Shown here: positions 12,482-25,239 of the stretch, in pieces | Layout of the letters: each line of letters starts with the position of its first letter | Numbering within the stretch: position 1 is the first letter of the stretch | Source of the DNA: Octopus sinensis | Taxonomy: Eukaryota | Assembly: GCF_006345805.1 (NCBI RefSeq) | Contig: NC_043018.1 | Coordinates: 17,980,001-18,044,000 of the forward strand | Direction of reading: 5' to 3' | Length of the DNA: 64,000 nt | Translations under genes and position numbers: made by a program | Notes under the pieces: model-generated | Databases searched by the model: none | What the model saw: the letters and a program-made list of their open reading frames with translations, nothing else | What the model was told of the DNA's origin: nothing

Positions 12482-13009
12482 AATCGACTGAGTAATTAAT
12501 ATTGTATATTTAAAACTACGCCTGTAATAACATTAGAGAGTAAAGAGAAACACACCAAGTGAAGCAGATAAACTAATAATGCAATCAATTGATATTGAAA
12601 CTAAGCAATCATTTAATTAGTCATCTACTAATTGCTGTCAATTTGTCAGTAAACCAAGCAAATATCGAATCAATAAAATAATTAGCCGCTCAACCAATCT
12701 ATCCACCGATCTATTCACGGAGACAAGACAGTAGCAGGAGGATTCCTTTTACGTCTTGGGTTGCGCAGCTGTCCTCGTAGGCTCACACACAGATACATAC
12801 ATCGTGCACATTTACACACATACATATGCACACACGTATACATATTCACAGACATATTCATTCATACGCATGCGAACACTCACGGCCAATTTAGATTGCA
12901 GCTTAGACAATAATCAAAGTACCCTAACATTGCAGCTTAGACAGTAATTTATGTACCCTAACATAACAAACATCGTATGAAGGGCAGAGATGGCAGACGG
13001 GTTACGGCA

Positions 13010-13300
13010 CCAGTTAATATATCTCGCTGCGTTCTGGTCCCACGCATCAATTGCTGATTCCATCTGAGGGATAGCATTCCTGACTGAATCGCGTATCTCA
13101 TCTGATTTCATAGCAATTCCGTCAGTTCATTTCCATGGACTGGCAATTTGCCTATTTACTCCAAAAGAAAGAAAGTTAAGGTTGACTGCCCTCGATTCTA
13201 CATTCAGACCATCGTGCATTGGAATAAATTCTCCAAAACATTGCGCCCTGCACCTTATCAAGTCTGCCAACTTGCTCCAACTGTTGCGTTAATTACGTCT
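13010..13300 (+). mobile_element. Possible decayed CR1/Jockey-type LINE 3' end
   Basis: Fragmentary LIYLAAFWS and FYIQTIVHWNK resemble the LEY..VW / FF.R...WN.LP C-terminal motifs; stops and frameshifts present. Confidence 0.25.
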
Positions 13301-13443
13301 GTTTATGATCCGGGTTTAGAAACGCTGCGATGTACTTTGCTTTTACCATCCTTTGGTTAATAAAATAAATACTGATAATATAAATGGACCAAATCAAGAG
13401 ACTGCCCTTAACGCAATTTTCAACTTATCTCAGGACGTCCGAG

Positions 13444-13495
13444 TTATTCGATGCTGAGGAGATGAAATCGTGTCGAAACATGTGTGTCTGAATAA
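13444..13495 (+). ncRNA. Hammerhead-like motif (degenerate)
   Basis: TTATTCG.TG-CTGAGGA-GATGAAATCGTGTC-GAAACATGTGTGTC-TGAATAA; the flanks TTATTCG/TGAATAA can pair. Confidence 0.35.
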
Positions 13496-13796
13496 TCGAC
13501 GCTCTGATAAAAGCACACATCTCGTCAGATGTTCCTCTGGAACACACGTTCACAGCAAATGCTATCCCACGTTTTTTATACACAGAACATACAACATTCA
13601 GTTTTTGCTATTAGCTCCTAATTATATTCTTATATACAGGTGATAGGGTTTCTAAATATTACTCATATACGCACAGACAAAAATTCATATACATATGTAT
13701 ATTTATATGCATATAAGTGTGTATGTGTTTGTGTGAGTTTGGGTGCGTACTTATGTTGCCGATATACCTATATATCTACATATAGGTGCAGGCATG

Positions 13797-13827
<31 letters not shown>

Positions 13828-13894
13828 TATATATATATAATATATATATATTATTATTATTATTATTATTATATTATTATCATTATTATTAATT

Positions 13895-14070
13895 GATGTT
13901 GCTGTGTTTACGTCCCCGTAAAATAGCGGTTCGGCAAAAAGAAACCAATAGCATAAGCACTAGGCTTACAAAGAATAAGTCCTGGGGAATCGATTTGTTC
14001 GACTAAAGCCGGTGATCCAGCATGGCCGCTGTCAAATGACTGAAACAAGTAAAAGAATAAAAGTATAAAA
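13895..14070 (+). mobile_element. SINE family A, 3' half
   Basis: GTGTTTACGTCCCCG...GCGGTTCGGCAAAA...CCAGCATGGCCGC...GACTGAAACAAGTAAAAG. Confidence 0.8.
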
Positions 14071-14088
14071 GAATATATAAATGTATGG

Positions 14089-14130
<42 letters not shown>

Positions 14131-14149
14131 CAACAACAACAACAACAAC

Positions 14150-14198
<49 letters not shown>

Positions 14199-14713
14199 GG
14201 GAAGTTATTTCCAAAAGTGCAATTTGTTATAAAAAATAAAGGCTTTTTTAAGAAAAGCATATATATATATATATATATAAATAGATTAGAAATGTTTACA
14301 ATACGTTGAGTACTTTCTATGCAAAAGAATCTCATAGCAGACCTTTTTTTTACACGTAGTATTTTCCCAGTTTGTTGACCCTGGGTAGCGATCATCCTTG
14401 AAGCAGCAGCCAATATTGATTGTTTACACCTCCCACCTCTACAGAAGTTTAAATATTTGCATCGATACTTTCAGGAACCAGTCTTTCTCGAATCTTTTAA
14501 CACCGTTTTAAATGCATTACAACAACAACAACGTTTTGGAATTATTCCCTGGACACACACATATCTATATATATCTATATACATATATATATTTGTGTGT
14601 GTGTGTAGACACACACACACACACATGCACATACAGATATAAGGTAACAGCTTTTAATAATTTCCTTCCAAGCAGGAAAACACGTAAACAACTTGTTATT
14701 CGGTTATCTATAC

Positions 14714-14744
<31 letters not shown>

Positions 14745-14839
14745 ACCGAATAACAAAAGTAAATACATGTTTATTTACATATGACCTGTATTCGATTATT
14801 CTTCCTACCTCGGTGTCTTACAGAGGGCAAAACGGTATT

Positions 14840-14880
<41 letters not shown>

Positions 14881-14884
14881 CGTG

Positions 14885-14929
<45 letters not shown>

Positions 14930-15545
14930 ATATATTGATATATTTACCAATATACATACATATATATATATATTTATTTATTTATATACATTTGAGTGTG
15001 GGTGTGTTTGTAATGTGTGGGTGTGTTTTGCATGTGTGTGTGCGCGCGTGTCTATATTCAGCCATATCCAGACATGCGTACAGAGATATTTATGCAAAAA
15101 TATTCAGAACGATAATAAAACGGTAAAACAGCCGAAGAAGAAGAAGAAGAAGAAGAAGAAGAAGAAGAAGAAGAAGAAGGAGAAGAAGGAGAGGTGGTGA
15201 GCTGTAACTCCACTCCCCAGGCGCAGAGTTGTCTATGTATACAAAGTACTCTGGTTTATGTATGGACATCACTCAGCTTTACAAATTGTAACAGACAGTC
15301 CGATAGTATTTGAACAAATAGAAAACATCACTGAAAACCGAGAAATGCATTAGTTTGGTAGTGGTTGTATTGCGTTCCATATTTTGCAATAACAAGAAAA
15401 CAAACAACAATAAATAAAAGAGTTGGGAAAAAAGGAAGGTTTGAAGATAAAATACATTTTTTTTAATGTTGAGATTAAAGTTTTGAAACTTTAGATGGTT
15501 GTTTTTGTCATACTCAATTTTTTTCGCTCCTCGTGTCTATCGCTT

Positions 15546-15581
<36 letters not shown>

Positions 15582-15769
15582 GTGTAGTTATGCATCACAA
15601 AAACAGATAGGTACTTATGTATGTATATGTGTATTTACAATATCTATTGAAATATGTAGGTACATGTAGACACACATACTCACACACACACGCACACACT
15701 TATACATACATACATATATAAAAATATTCACACACGTTTTTAACTACTCTAGAATAAACATATATATAC

Positions 15770-15837
<68 letters not shown>

Positions 15838-15838
15838 G

Positions 15839-15874
<36 letters not shown>

Positions 15875-15876
15875 AA

Positions 15877-15927
<51 letters not shown>

Positions 15928-15944
15928 ATACATATATATATATT

Positions 15945-16170
15945 CTTTTATACTTTTATTCTTTTACTTGTTTCAGTCATTTGACAGCGGCCATGCTGGA
16001 GCACCGCCTTTAGTCGAACAAATCGACCCCAGGACTTATTCTTTGTAAGCCTAGTGCTTATGCTATTGGTTTCTTTTTGCCGAACCGCTAAGTTACAGGG
16101 GACGTAAACACAACAACATCAATTGTCGAGCGATGATGGTGGTGGGGGCAAACACAAAGACAACACTCAC
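15945..16170 (-). mobile_element. SINE family A, 3' half
   Basis: Reverse complement of the A 3' module. Confidence 0.8.
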
Positions 16171-16241
16171 AAATGCACACCACACACACGCACACGCATA
16201 TATATATAAATTATACACATAAGGAATCTACACCTAGGGTG

Positions 16242-16303
16242 AAGATTCAGCGCATTAGAGAGCCACAAAAATATTTTTGTGGCTCTCTAATGCGCTGAAT
16301 CTT
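16242..16303. repeat. Perfect 62-bp palindrome
   Basis: AAGATTCAGCGCATTAGAGAGCCACAAAAAT|ATTTTTGTGGCTCTCTAATGCGCTGAATCTT. Confidence 0.95.
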
Positions 16304-16858
16304 GTGTATAATTTATATATAGTCTTCTTGACAAAATTTTGTGTATAATTTATATATAGTCTTCTTGACAAAATTTTGTGTATAATTTATATATAGTCTT
16401 TTTGACAAAATTTTGTGTATAATTTATATATAGTCTTTTTGACAAAATTTTGTGTATAATTTATATATAGTCTTTTTGACAAAATTTTGTGTATAATTTA
16501 TATATAGTCTTTTTGACAAAATTTTGTGTATAATTTATATATAATCTTTTTGACAAAATTTTGTGTATAATTTATATATAGTCTTTTTGACAAAATTTTG
16601 TGTATAATTTATATATAGTCTTTTTGACAAAATTTTGTGTATAATTTATATATAGTCTTTTTGACAAAATTTTGTGTATAATTTATATATAGTCTTTTTG
16701 ACAAAATTTTGTGTATAATTTATATATAGTCTTTTTGACAAAATTTTGTGTATAATTTATATATAGTCTTTTTGACAAAATTTTGTGTATAATTTATATA
16801 TAGTCTTTTTGACAAAATTTTGTGTATAATTTATATATAGTCTTTTTGACAAAATTTT
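16304..16858. repeat. 37-bp tandem array, 15 copies (GTGTATAATTTATATATAGTCTTTTTGACAAAATTTT)
   Basis: Exact 37-nt period; units 1-2 carry CTTCTTG, later units CTTTTTG; no spacers. Confidence 0.95.
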
Positions 16859-17069
16859 GCACGTTAGACCACTGGAAATGTAAATTTTGATTGAATATTT
16901 TAAATTTGATTAAATTCCATTTCCCTTATTCATATGATATATATATATATATATATAGATATGCATAGGTAGGTTCATACATGTATAGATAGATAAACAT
17001 ATTTTTGGATTATTATACACACACACATATTCACATACATCTAACAGTTCTCTAGATCACAACAGAAAA

Positions 17070-19110
17070 TCAAATTGATTGAGGATGGACTAGGAGTAAA
17101 TGGATTAGAAAATGCTGAAGTATGCATTCTGAATATGGAGGTAGACGTGTCAGCCTGGTCGGACTAGACAAACCTGTGAACCCCAGGTTTATTACCAGAG
17201 ACAGAGAGACTGAAAGGAAATGTTTTAGAAATTCATAGGATTGTTGGCGATATTGAAAGAAGAAATTTGTAATGAAGTTCACTGATCAAGAAGTGTAAGG
17301 TACGTCATAGTGTAAAGGAGAGGTCAAACATGGAGGAAACTGAGTCTTTATGGAAGACATCAAATCAAATGGCTACGAAATTGATTGGTGAACTGGAATC
17401 ATTATGCAATAATTCATTTAAAAGTGGGAACATCAAATAACGATGTAAACGATGAAAGAAAGTAGTGTTGGGGTAGTAACAGAACTGAGAGGAATGGTTG
17501 CTGCCAAAGGTGTTACAACCAAAAAGTAAGGAGTAGTAGAGGACAATTCCGTTAGAACTCTTTCAAATTAGCCATCCCACTGAAAGCAATTTGACGAACT
17601 GAAAGGAATAGGTCGTCAACTCGGCGATATTCTAGCCGCTAGAAAGAGAAACAAAACAAAACAAAAGAGCCGGAGTGGCTGTGTGGTAAGTAGCTTGCTA
17701 ACCAACCACATGGTTCCGGGTTCAGTCCCACTGCGTGGCATCTTGGGCAAGTGTCTACTGCTATAGCCCCGGGCCGACCAATGCCTTGTGAGTGGATTTG
17801 GTAGACGGAAACTGAAAGAAGCCTGTCGTATATATGTATATATATATGTATGTGTGTGTGTTTGTTTGTGTGTCTGTGTTTGTCCCCCTAGCATTGCTTG
17901 ACAACCGATGCTGGTGTGTTTATGTCCCAGTCACTTAGCGGTTCGGCAAAAGAGACCGATAGAATAAGTACTGGGCTTTCAAAAAGAATAAGTTCCGGGG
18001 TCGAGTTGCTCGATTAAAGGCGGTGCTCCAGCATGGCCGCAGTCAAATGACTGAAACAAGTAAAAGAGTAAAAGAGTAAAAGAGAGAGAGAGAGCCCCCC
18101 AAAAAACAGAAGAATGTTATGTGAGAGAACGTTAAGAGGCAGAACCAAGAAGTAAATTGAGTTTTGGAAGTGGAAAGAGATGTAAATAAAAAAGCTGTTA
18201 AATAAAACAACCGGAACGTAATAAATCTTTTCCAAACACCAACAGGAAAATTTCTCCGATTGGAAATCGTCAGATCCAGACGGAGTAGAAGCTATGATAA
18301 GAAAAAAATGGCAGTAATGTTGGACAAAAGCGTTGAATCTAATTCTGTCATTGCCTGGTTAACTAAAGGAGCAACAGTTCTCATGACGAAAGACAAAATG
18401 AAGACCAAAAATCTACTGCCAGGAAAACAAATAATGGTTGGAGTTGGCGAAAAGAAATTGTAATCAGTCTAATCCATATGACTCATATTTGAAGACAGGA
18501 TAAAGCGAGATATTGATTAAGGAATGGTAAAGAAATCATCAATCATTTATTGTTTATGGATGACATGGAATTATTCGAAAAAAATTAAGAAGATAAAAAA
18601 GAACGAAACACTTGGCACTTTGGTGAAGAATTTAATGTTATTTAGAGAAATAAGAATGGAAGCTCCACACACTCGTATACACACTCATACAAACACAAAC
18701 ACACTCACACACCACGCTCACGAATACACACATGTATGCATGTCTATCGCTCACTCTCTCTATATCTATTTCTCTATACACATACACACAGACAAACTCA
18801 CGCACACACACAGACACATGCACGCATACACACACAGGTATATGAAAAACGAGCAACGTAGTTTGCTTGAAGCACTGCGATACAGAAGCAAGAGTAAAAT
18901 AACAAATAATGAAAAAAAAAAGCTGCTAATAATGATGAAAGTGAAAGTTAAGAAACTTTCATATATTCTAGGCCCGAAGGCCCATCACCAGAATTGAAGA
19001 GTTTACAGAAATGTAAGTTTACGTAGATCCTGCCATGCTGGTTGTCCTACAGGCAATAGCAACAAGAATCAATCAAACAGGCAGATAGTATGTTGAAAAA
19101 CGTGCAAATA
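17070..19110 (+). mobile_element. Decayed Dong/R4-clade non-LTR retrotransposon (RT fragments)
   Basis: Motifs in the correct order: WKSSDPDG (18261), AWLTKGATVLMTKD, NHLLFMDDMELF (18541, RT YxDD box), REIRME, LQAIATR; A-rich sense strand; interrupted by SINE-A and (CA)n. The 5' boundary is uncertain. Confidence 0.7.
17672..18080 (+). mobile_element. SINE family A, full length
   Basis: Complete head-to-(AAGAGT)n tail. Confidence 0.9.
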
Positions 19111-19250
19111 GTAAATGATGTACATAGAGAAAGAGATAACTCACTGCTCGCTCTTGGTATATATACTCACGTTTTACATAAATATTGCATGGCCCCACCT
19201 CTACTCACCCAATATGAAGATCTACTTTTCTTGCACTTTGTAACTCTGGT

Positions 19251-19570
19251 GCATTCCGAAGGTTAAGGCGACGAAGGTCTCAGCTGATACGATCAACGGA
19301 ACAGCCTGCTCGTGAAATTAACGTGCATGTGGCTGAGCACTCTACAGATACGTGTATCCTTAACGTAGGGCTCAGGGAGATTCAGCGAGACACAGAGTGA
19401 GACAAGGCTGACCTTTCGAAATACAGGTACTACTCATTTTTTACCAGCTGCGTGGACTGGAGCAACGTGAAATAAAGTGTCTTGCTCAAGGAATCAACGC
19501 ATCGCCGAGAATTGAACTAACGACCTTACGCTCGTGAGCCGAATGCCCTAATCACTAAGCCATGCGTCTT
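19251..19570 (-). mobile_element. tRNA/CORE-like SINE, family D (octopus OR2-like)
   Basis: Head TGGCTTAGTG...GTTCAATTC, CCTTGAGCAAGACACTTTATTTCAC box, 3' half shared with family C. Confidence 0.8.
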
Positions 19571-19749
19571 CTCACTTTGCATACTTCGTATAGAGAAGAA
19601 GCCAGACTTGTCAAACAATGATACATTCGTCAACTTACTCTACATTTATTACTTATTGTGGAGCATTCTCTCTCTCCCTCTCTCTCTCCTCTCTCCCTCT
19701 CTCCTCTTCTTTGGGAATTTATTAAAGATGACTGAAGGTATTCTTTAAC

Positions 19750-20040
19750 AGGCGTAGGAGTAGCTTGTTTACGAACCACACGGGTCCGAGTTCAGTCCCA
19801 CCTCGTGGCACCTTGGACAAGTGTCTTCTACTATAGCCTCGGGCCGATCAAAGCCTTGTGAGTGGATTTGGTAGACGGAAACTGAAAGAAGCCCGTCGCA
19901 TATATGTATATATATATATATGTGTGTGTATATGTTTGTGTGTCTGTGTTTGTCCCCCCAACATCGCTTGACAACCGATGCTGGTGTGTTTATGACCCCG
20001 TAACTTAGCGGTTCGTCAAAAAAGGGCAATAGAATAAGTA

Positions 20041-20102
<62 letters not shown>

Positions 20103-20151
20103 GTCTATCTATCTATCTGTCTGTCTGTTTGTCTGTCTGTCTGTATATCTA

Positions 20152-20198
<47 letters not shown>

Positions 20199-20334
20199 GT
20201 TTGGCAAAAGAGACCGCTAGAGTAAGTACTAGGCTTACAAAGAGTAAGTCCTGGGGTCGATTTGCTCGACTAAAGGCGGTGCTCCAGAATGGCCACAGTC
20301 AAATGACTGAAACAAGTAAAAGAGTAAAAGAGAG
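19750..20334 (+). mobile_element. SINE family A split by (CTAT)n/(TA)n expansion with a duplicated 3' segment
   Basis: A sequence at 19750-20041, microsatellite 20041-20195, A 3' module resumes at 20196. Confidence 0.8.
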
Positions 20335-20344
20335 TAATTATTTA

Positions 20345-20600
20345 AGAGTAAAGTGTCTTAGTCACCGTTCATTGCAGAACCGAGGTCAAAGTACGAACTG
20401 CCCAATTCTCGGCTGTTTGTCAGCTCCATAACGCGTCTCTTCATGGAATCTGCAGCGTTTGAAATCGCATCGAAACCTCTCGTTTCCTAACTGGACCATA
20501 TTCTTCGTGATGTCCCACCATCAATATGTTTTGCGCCGAGCGACTTTACCTTCAATTGAAATCGTTCTTCAATAGCATAGAAATACGCCAATTCTTGAAT
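20345..20600 (-). mobile_element. Decayed mariner transposase N-terminus (HTH region)
   Basis: Across frameshifts: LL.NDF..S..AQNILMVG / VQL.NERFRC.DF...EE.RYG / SREL, paralleling LLYEF..G.S..AA.NI..V.G / VQRWF.RFRSGDF.LEDE.RSG / TREL. Confidence 0.4.
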
Positions 20601-20859
20601 GTTAGAAATAGCTGCGAGAAATATATGGCAAATGGGAATTTTAATTTGTGAACAACCAATGGGAAAGAGAGAAAGCAGGAATGAAGAAAATAGAAGAAAA
20701 CTGAGCGAGAGAAGGAAAGAGAAATCGAACGAGAGAAAAACATAAGAAGGACATAAATGAGAAATACTGAGACTGTGTGTGTGTACATGTATGTGTTTTT
20801 ATGTGCGTGTGTGTGTGTCTGTTTGTATGTGTGTATGTGTGTGTGCTTGTATGCGTGTG

Positions 20860-20892
<33 letters not shown>

Positions 20893-21066
20893 GTGTGTAC
20901 GTGTGTGTCGGTGCAGGTAGATATGAGGTGTGATGTCTGTAGACGACAAAAGAACATGAAAAAAAAAAGCGAAAAGGAAAAAGCCAAGCGACTTAGAAAA
21001 GGAAAGAGAAAAATACAAAAAAAAAGAGATGTAGTGAAAGAAAAAGAGAGGGAGAGAGATAGATAA

Positions 21067-21099
<33 letters not shown>

Positions 21100-21467
21100 G
21101 GGAAAGAGATGGAATGAAAGAGAGAAAAGTGAAGCGAATGAGTTGCAGTTTCGTTAATAATATTCTAGCCAATGGCGCATTTGAAAGAAACGTCAACAGA
21201 ATCTCGAATCCATTAAGTACAAGAGAAACATATATAAACCAATTACACACACACACAGACACACACACACACACACACACACACACCACACACACACACA
21301 CACACAGAGACACACACACACATAGACACACACAGAGAACATACGTTAGTGAAGAAGAGTCCAGTTTTGAGTACATAACTATAAGGCCACTTAACATTCG
21401 CACGCTGCAAACAAACCCTTATGCACGCACACATAAAAAACAAGCACAGATACATATGTATACACCC

Positions 21468-21511
<44 letters not shown>

Positions 21512-21513
21512 GT

Positions 21514-21832
21514 GAGGGCGCGTGGCTTAGTGGTTAGGGCATTCGGCTCATGATCGTAAGGTTGTGAGTTCGATTCCCGACGACGCGTTGTGTCCTTGAG
21601 CAAGACACTTTATTTCACGTTGCTCCAGTCCACTCAGCTGGCAAAAATGAGTTGTACTTGTATTTCAAAGGGTCAGCCTTGTCACTCTCTGTGTCACGCT
21701 GATTATCCCCGAGAACTACGTTAAGGATACACGTGTCTGTGGAATGCTCAGCCATTTGCACGTTAATTTCACGAGCAAGCTGTTCCGTTGATCGTATCAG
21801 CTGGGACCCTCGTCGTCGTAACCGGCGGAGTC
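21514..21832 (+). mobile_element. SINE family D, full length
   Basis: GAGGGCGCGTGGCTTAGTGGTTAGGG...GTGAGTTCGATTCCC...GTGTCCTTGAGCAAGACACTT...CCCTCGTCGTCGTAACCG. Confidence 0.9.
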
Positions 21833-21836
21833 TTAT

Positions 21837-21929
<93 letters not shown>

Positions 21930-22120
21930 CATATATACACTTATATGTGTGCATGTATTTATATGTATTCATATGTGAATATAGATGTATGCGTACGTAC
22001 ATACGTATGTTACACAAATGCATGCATGCACAAGTGTATATATATATATATGCATAAAATCCCCTTCACCGTTTTCTATCTGTTTGTCTCTCTCTGTCTC
22101 TCTCTCTGTTCCTCCTTTAC

Positions 22121-22183
22121 TGATAACTGACGAGATGCCGGAGCAGTTTTCCACTCCGACATCCGAAACTCGGAGTTTTATTA
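22121..22183 (+). ncRNA. Type-I hammerhead ribozyme-like motif
   Basis: TGATAA-CTGACGA-GATGCCGGAG-cagttttcca-CTCCGACATC-C-GAAACTC-G-GAG-TT-TTATTA: 6-bp helix I, 10-bp helix II (1 mismatch), near-palindromic helix III, GUU triplet. Confidence 0.65.
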
Positions 22184-22348
22184 TGGCAACTGAATAACTG
22201 TCACTTATTACATTTACAGATGAATTCCTCTATTTACATAATATCGAGGTCTCCTTCATTCTTTTGTTGTCATACCATTACTATTAATATATATATTTCA
22301 TTTATATTATTATCTGATTGAACGCCACGCATCCATTTTCAAGTAAGT

Positions 22349-22469
<121 letters not shown>

Positions 22470-22474
22470 CATCC

Positions 22475-22529
<55 letters not shown>

Positions 22530-22555
22530 CATCCATCTATCTATCTGTCTATCTA

Positions 22556-22586
<31 letters not shown>

Positions 22587-22621
22587 GCTTATCTATTTAC
22601 CTACTTATATATAATATAATA

Positions 22622-22660
<39 letters not shown>

Positions 22661-22789
22661 TTCATCAAAATTTAGATTCAGATGATTATGGTACTTAAGT
22701 TAAAGGCACCAGAATTTTGTATGGTATTATCCATATAAATCAAATGGGGTGATTATAATCAAAATAAGCAACAAGGATATCTAAGGTAG

Positions 22790-22878
22790 TGTAGTACAAT
22801 CGTTTCATGCTACTTCATTTTATTAAGCACTGTAAGTATTACATCAGTTTTGAAATGTCGAGCAATCTTCAGTCACAT
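22790..22878 (-). ncRNA. Hammerhead-like motif with long helix II insert
   Basis: Minus strand GTGA-CTGAAGA-TTGCT...(~50 nt)...AGCAT-GAAAC-GATT-GTA-CTACAC; followed by an AT-rich tail ending in (TA)n at ~22660. Confidence 0.45.
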
Positions 22879-23659
22879 GTAGAATTTTTTTAATTAAACG
22901 GACAATGCACATTTTTTTAATAGATATTTCATTTGCCAACATTGATAAAAAATCTACAGATGGAGAAGAAGATACTACCATCATGTTCTTAATGATGACA
23001 TTAACATATCTGTCTATATATCTACCCTCTTTGTAATGTTGGCATTTTTTTCTTGTTTCTTACTTATTGACCCCCATCAGACTACTATACGCACACACAT
23101 AACTGTAGCTATGTGGTATTCATTTTTAGTACCGCTGAAAGAATGAGAACTAATGCAAACATATACACAAATACGCACACACACAAACACACAAACACAC
23201 ACACACACACGCGCGCGCGCACATATACACACACATTTAGGTATACTTGATGTGGCAAGGCAAAAATAGATTTTAATGAAACGAAAATATGCATTGAAAG
23301 CGATGAAAATTAATTGGAATTTGTGGAAATTATTCCCAAAAGCGCAAGGAAGGTAATCTTTCAAATTTGTCTTCAAAATTAAATTACTGAGAAGGGCAGT
23401 AATGGTTGCTTTTGGCTACTCCTCAACAAAGCACATACAACGCAAAGCTCTCTGGTCAAAGAACTTCTATTTTTGTCGTATCTGTCCAATTCATCTTCCA
23501 GCTTGTCTATCGTGTGCTTCATGTTTTTCTGTTCACCTTTTGTCGCCCGATATATATTGGAAGTGGTGTGTTAAAGTGTACTGGGTCGACACCCGTTTTT
23601 ACAACTGTTCTCATCAATACTGGTGTTTCTACACATTTTAACACATTTTACTAGTTTCA

Positions 23660-24660
23660 GAATATTACGCAGAGTAGGTTGTATTAGTTTGTTTCAGCGA
23701 TTCTTTTCGTAAAGTAAATCTTTCGTGACTTATTGATGATACAATGGGCGAAAAATCATTTTGAAATCACGTTTTTTTTTCCCGACTAGATTTTCTTTAA
23801 TTCTTTGTTGATTCTTTGTCAACATCTCTGCGAATAACTTGAACATGGCACTTAGAAAAGCTTTCAGATCAATAGTTTTTTATGATCATTAAACTCTGTT
23901 TTGATGCAGGAGATTGACATTGCGCCATCTTTTAAGAATTTTGCCTTTCCTGAAGAAAGCGGTAAAGAATTTGCCAAGGTGCTTTAGCATAGCTTCTCAG
24001 GCGTCTTTCAAGGTATCAGGTATGATCATGTCTTACTCTTGATCTTTATCACTTTTTTTCTATTGGTGACATTATATGGTGTGTGATTTCTGCAGCTTGT
24101 AACATGTGTCGTTGTATCTTCAATAATGTGTTTCTCTGTAAGGTCGTTGTTTTTGCCAATGGGCTGTAGTTTTGGTTAAGCTCCATTGCTATTTCTGCCA
24201 GCTTATTTCTCTATCCTGTATTGGTTCCAGCTTCTTTTAAACTCCAAATCAGGATTTTTCTTTGCTTACTTTCTTTAGCAGATTTAAATTCTTTCTTTGC
24301 TTACTTCTTGTTGTTCTTGTTGTTGTCGTGTCTTTTTATCTCTTTATACACCTCTACAGCTTCTATCCTACCTTTAAGCTGCGTTTGCTTTAACTTTTCT
24401 TTCGTTTGTTCGATTTTTTCTCAATCACTTGTGAGGTTTCTATGATAAGCTCTTATTGTTTTCCTCACATATTTTCCCGAAGTCTTCAATCAGAGCTTTT
24501 ACTAGGTTCTTGTTAAAAATCCGTTAAACCGTGTGTTGGTTACTCATTATAAAAGATCCGTTCGGCTCTCGGCGATCCTCATTAGTCTTTGTAATAAAAT
24601 AGATTTATCTCTGTTTCTTAAATACAATTTACCATTCCGTAATCACTGTCTTTGAATTTG
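23660..24660 (-). mobile_element. Possible decayed Dong/R4-type LINE (post-RT/endonuclease region)
   Basis: A-rich minus strand; AERIFY...HGLTD (cf. ERLY..R..GGRGL.D) and EDTTTHVTSC...RHD (cf. ET..H..SGC...RHD). Confidence 0.3.
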
Positions 24661-24711
24661 TTAATTACTCCACCGTTTCAAACAACTAAGTCTTTAAAAT
24701 TATTATAATGC

Positions 24712-25148
24712 AGGCGCAGGAGTGGCTGTGTGGTAAGTAGCTTGCTAACCAGCCACATGGTTCCGGGTTCAGTCCCACTGCGTGGCATCTTGGGCAAGTG
24801 TCTTCTGCTATAGCCTCGGGCCGACCAATGCCTTGTGAGTGGATTTGGTAGACGGAAACTGAAAGAAGCCTGTCGTATATATGTATATATATATAAGTGT
24901 GTGTGTATATGTTTGTGTGTCTGTGTTTGTTTGTGTGTCTGTGTTTGTCCCCCTAGAATTGCTTGACAACCGATGCTGGTGTGTTTACGTCCCCGTCACT
25001 TAGCGGTTTGGCAAAAGAGACCGATAGAATAAGTACTGGGCTTACAAAGAATAAGTCCCGGGGTCGATTTGCTCGACTAAAGGCGGTGCTCCAGCATGGC
25101 CGCAGTCAAATGACTGAAACAAGTAAAAGAGTAAAAGAGTAAAAGAGT
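24712..25148 (+). mobile_element. SINE family A, full length, followed by an inverted A fragment (25150-25236)
   Basis: Complete consensus with a small internal duplication TGTTTGTGTGTCTGTG. Confidence 0.9.
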
Positions 25149-25239
25149 ATGTATATATATATATATACATATATACGACGGGCTTCTTTCAGTTTCCATC
25201 TACCAAATCCACTCACAAGGCTTTGGTCGGCCCGAGTTG

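Noticed and set aside
16304-16858. CRISPR array
   Set aside because: Contiguous near-identical 37-bp units with no unique spacers, no cas genes, eukaryotic context.
20358-20611. Exon with in-frame TAG (20489-20487) suggesting read-through or A-to-I stop recoding
   Set aside because: Other frames on the same strand match a decayed mariner N-terminus; there is no independent gene evidence.
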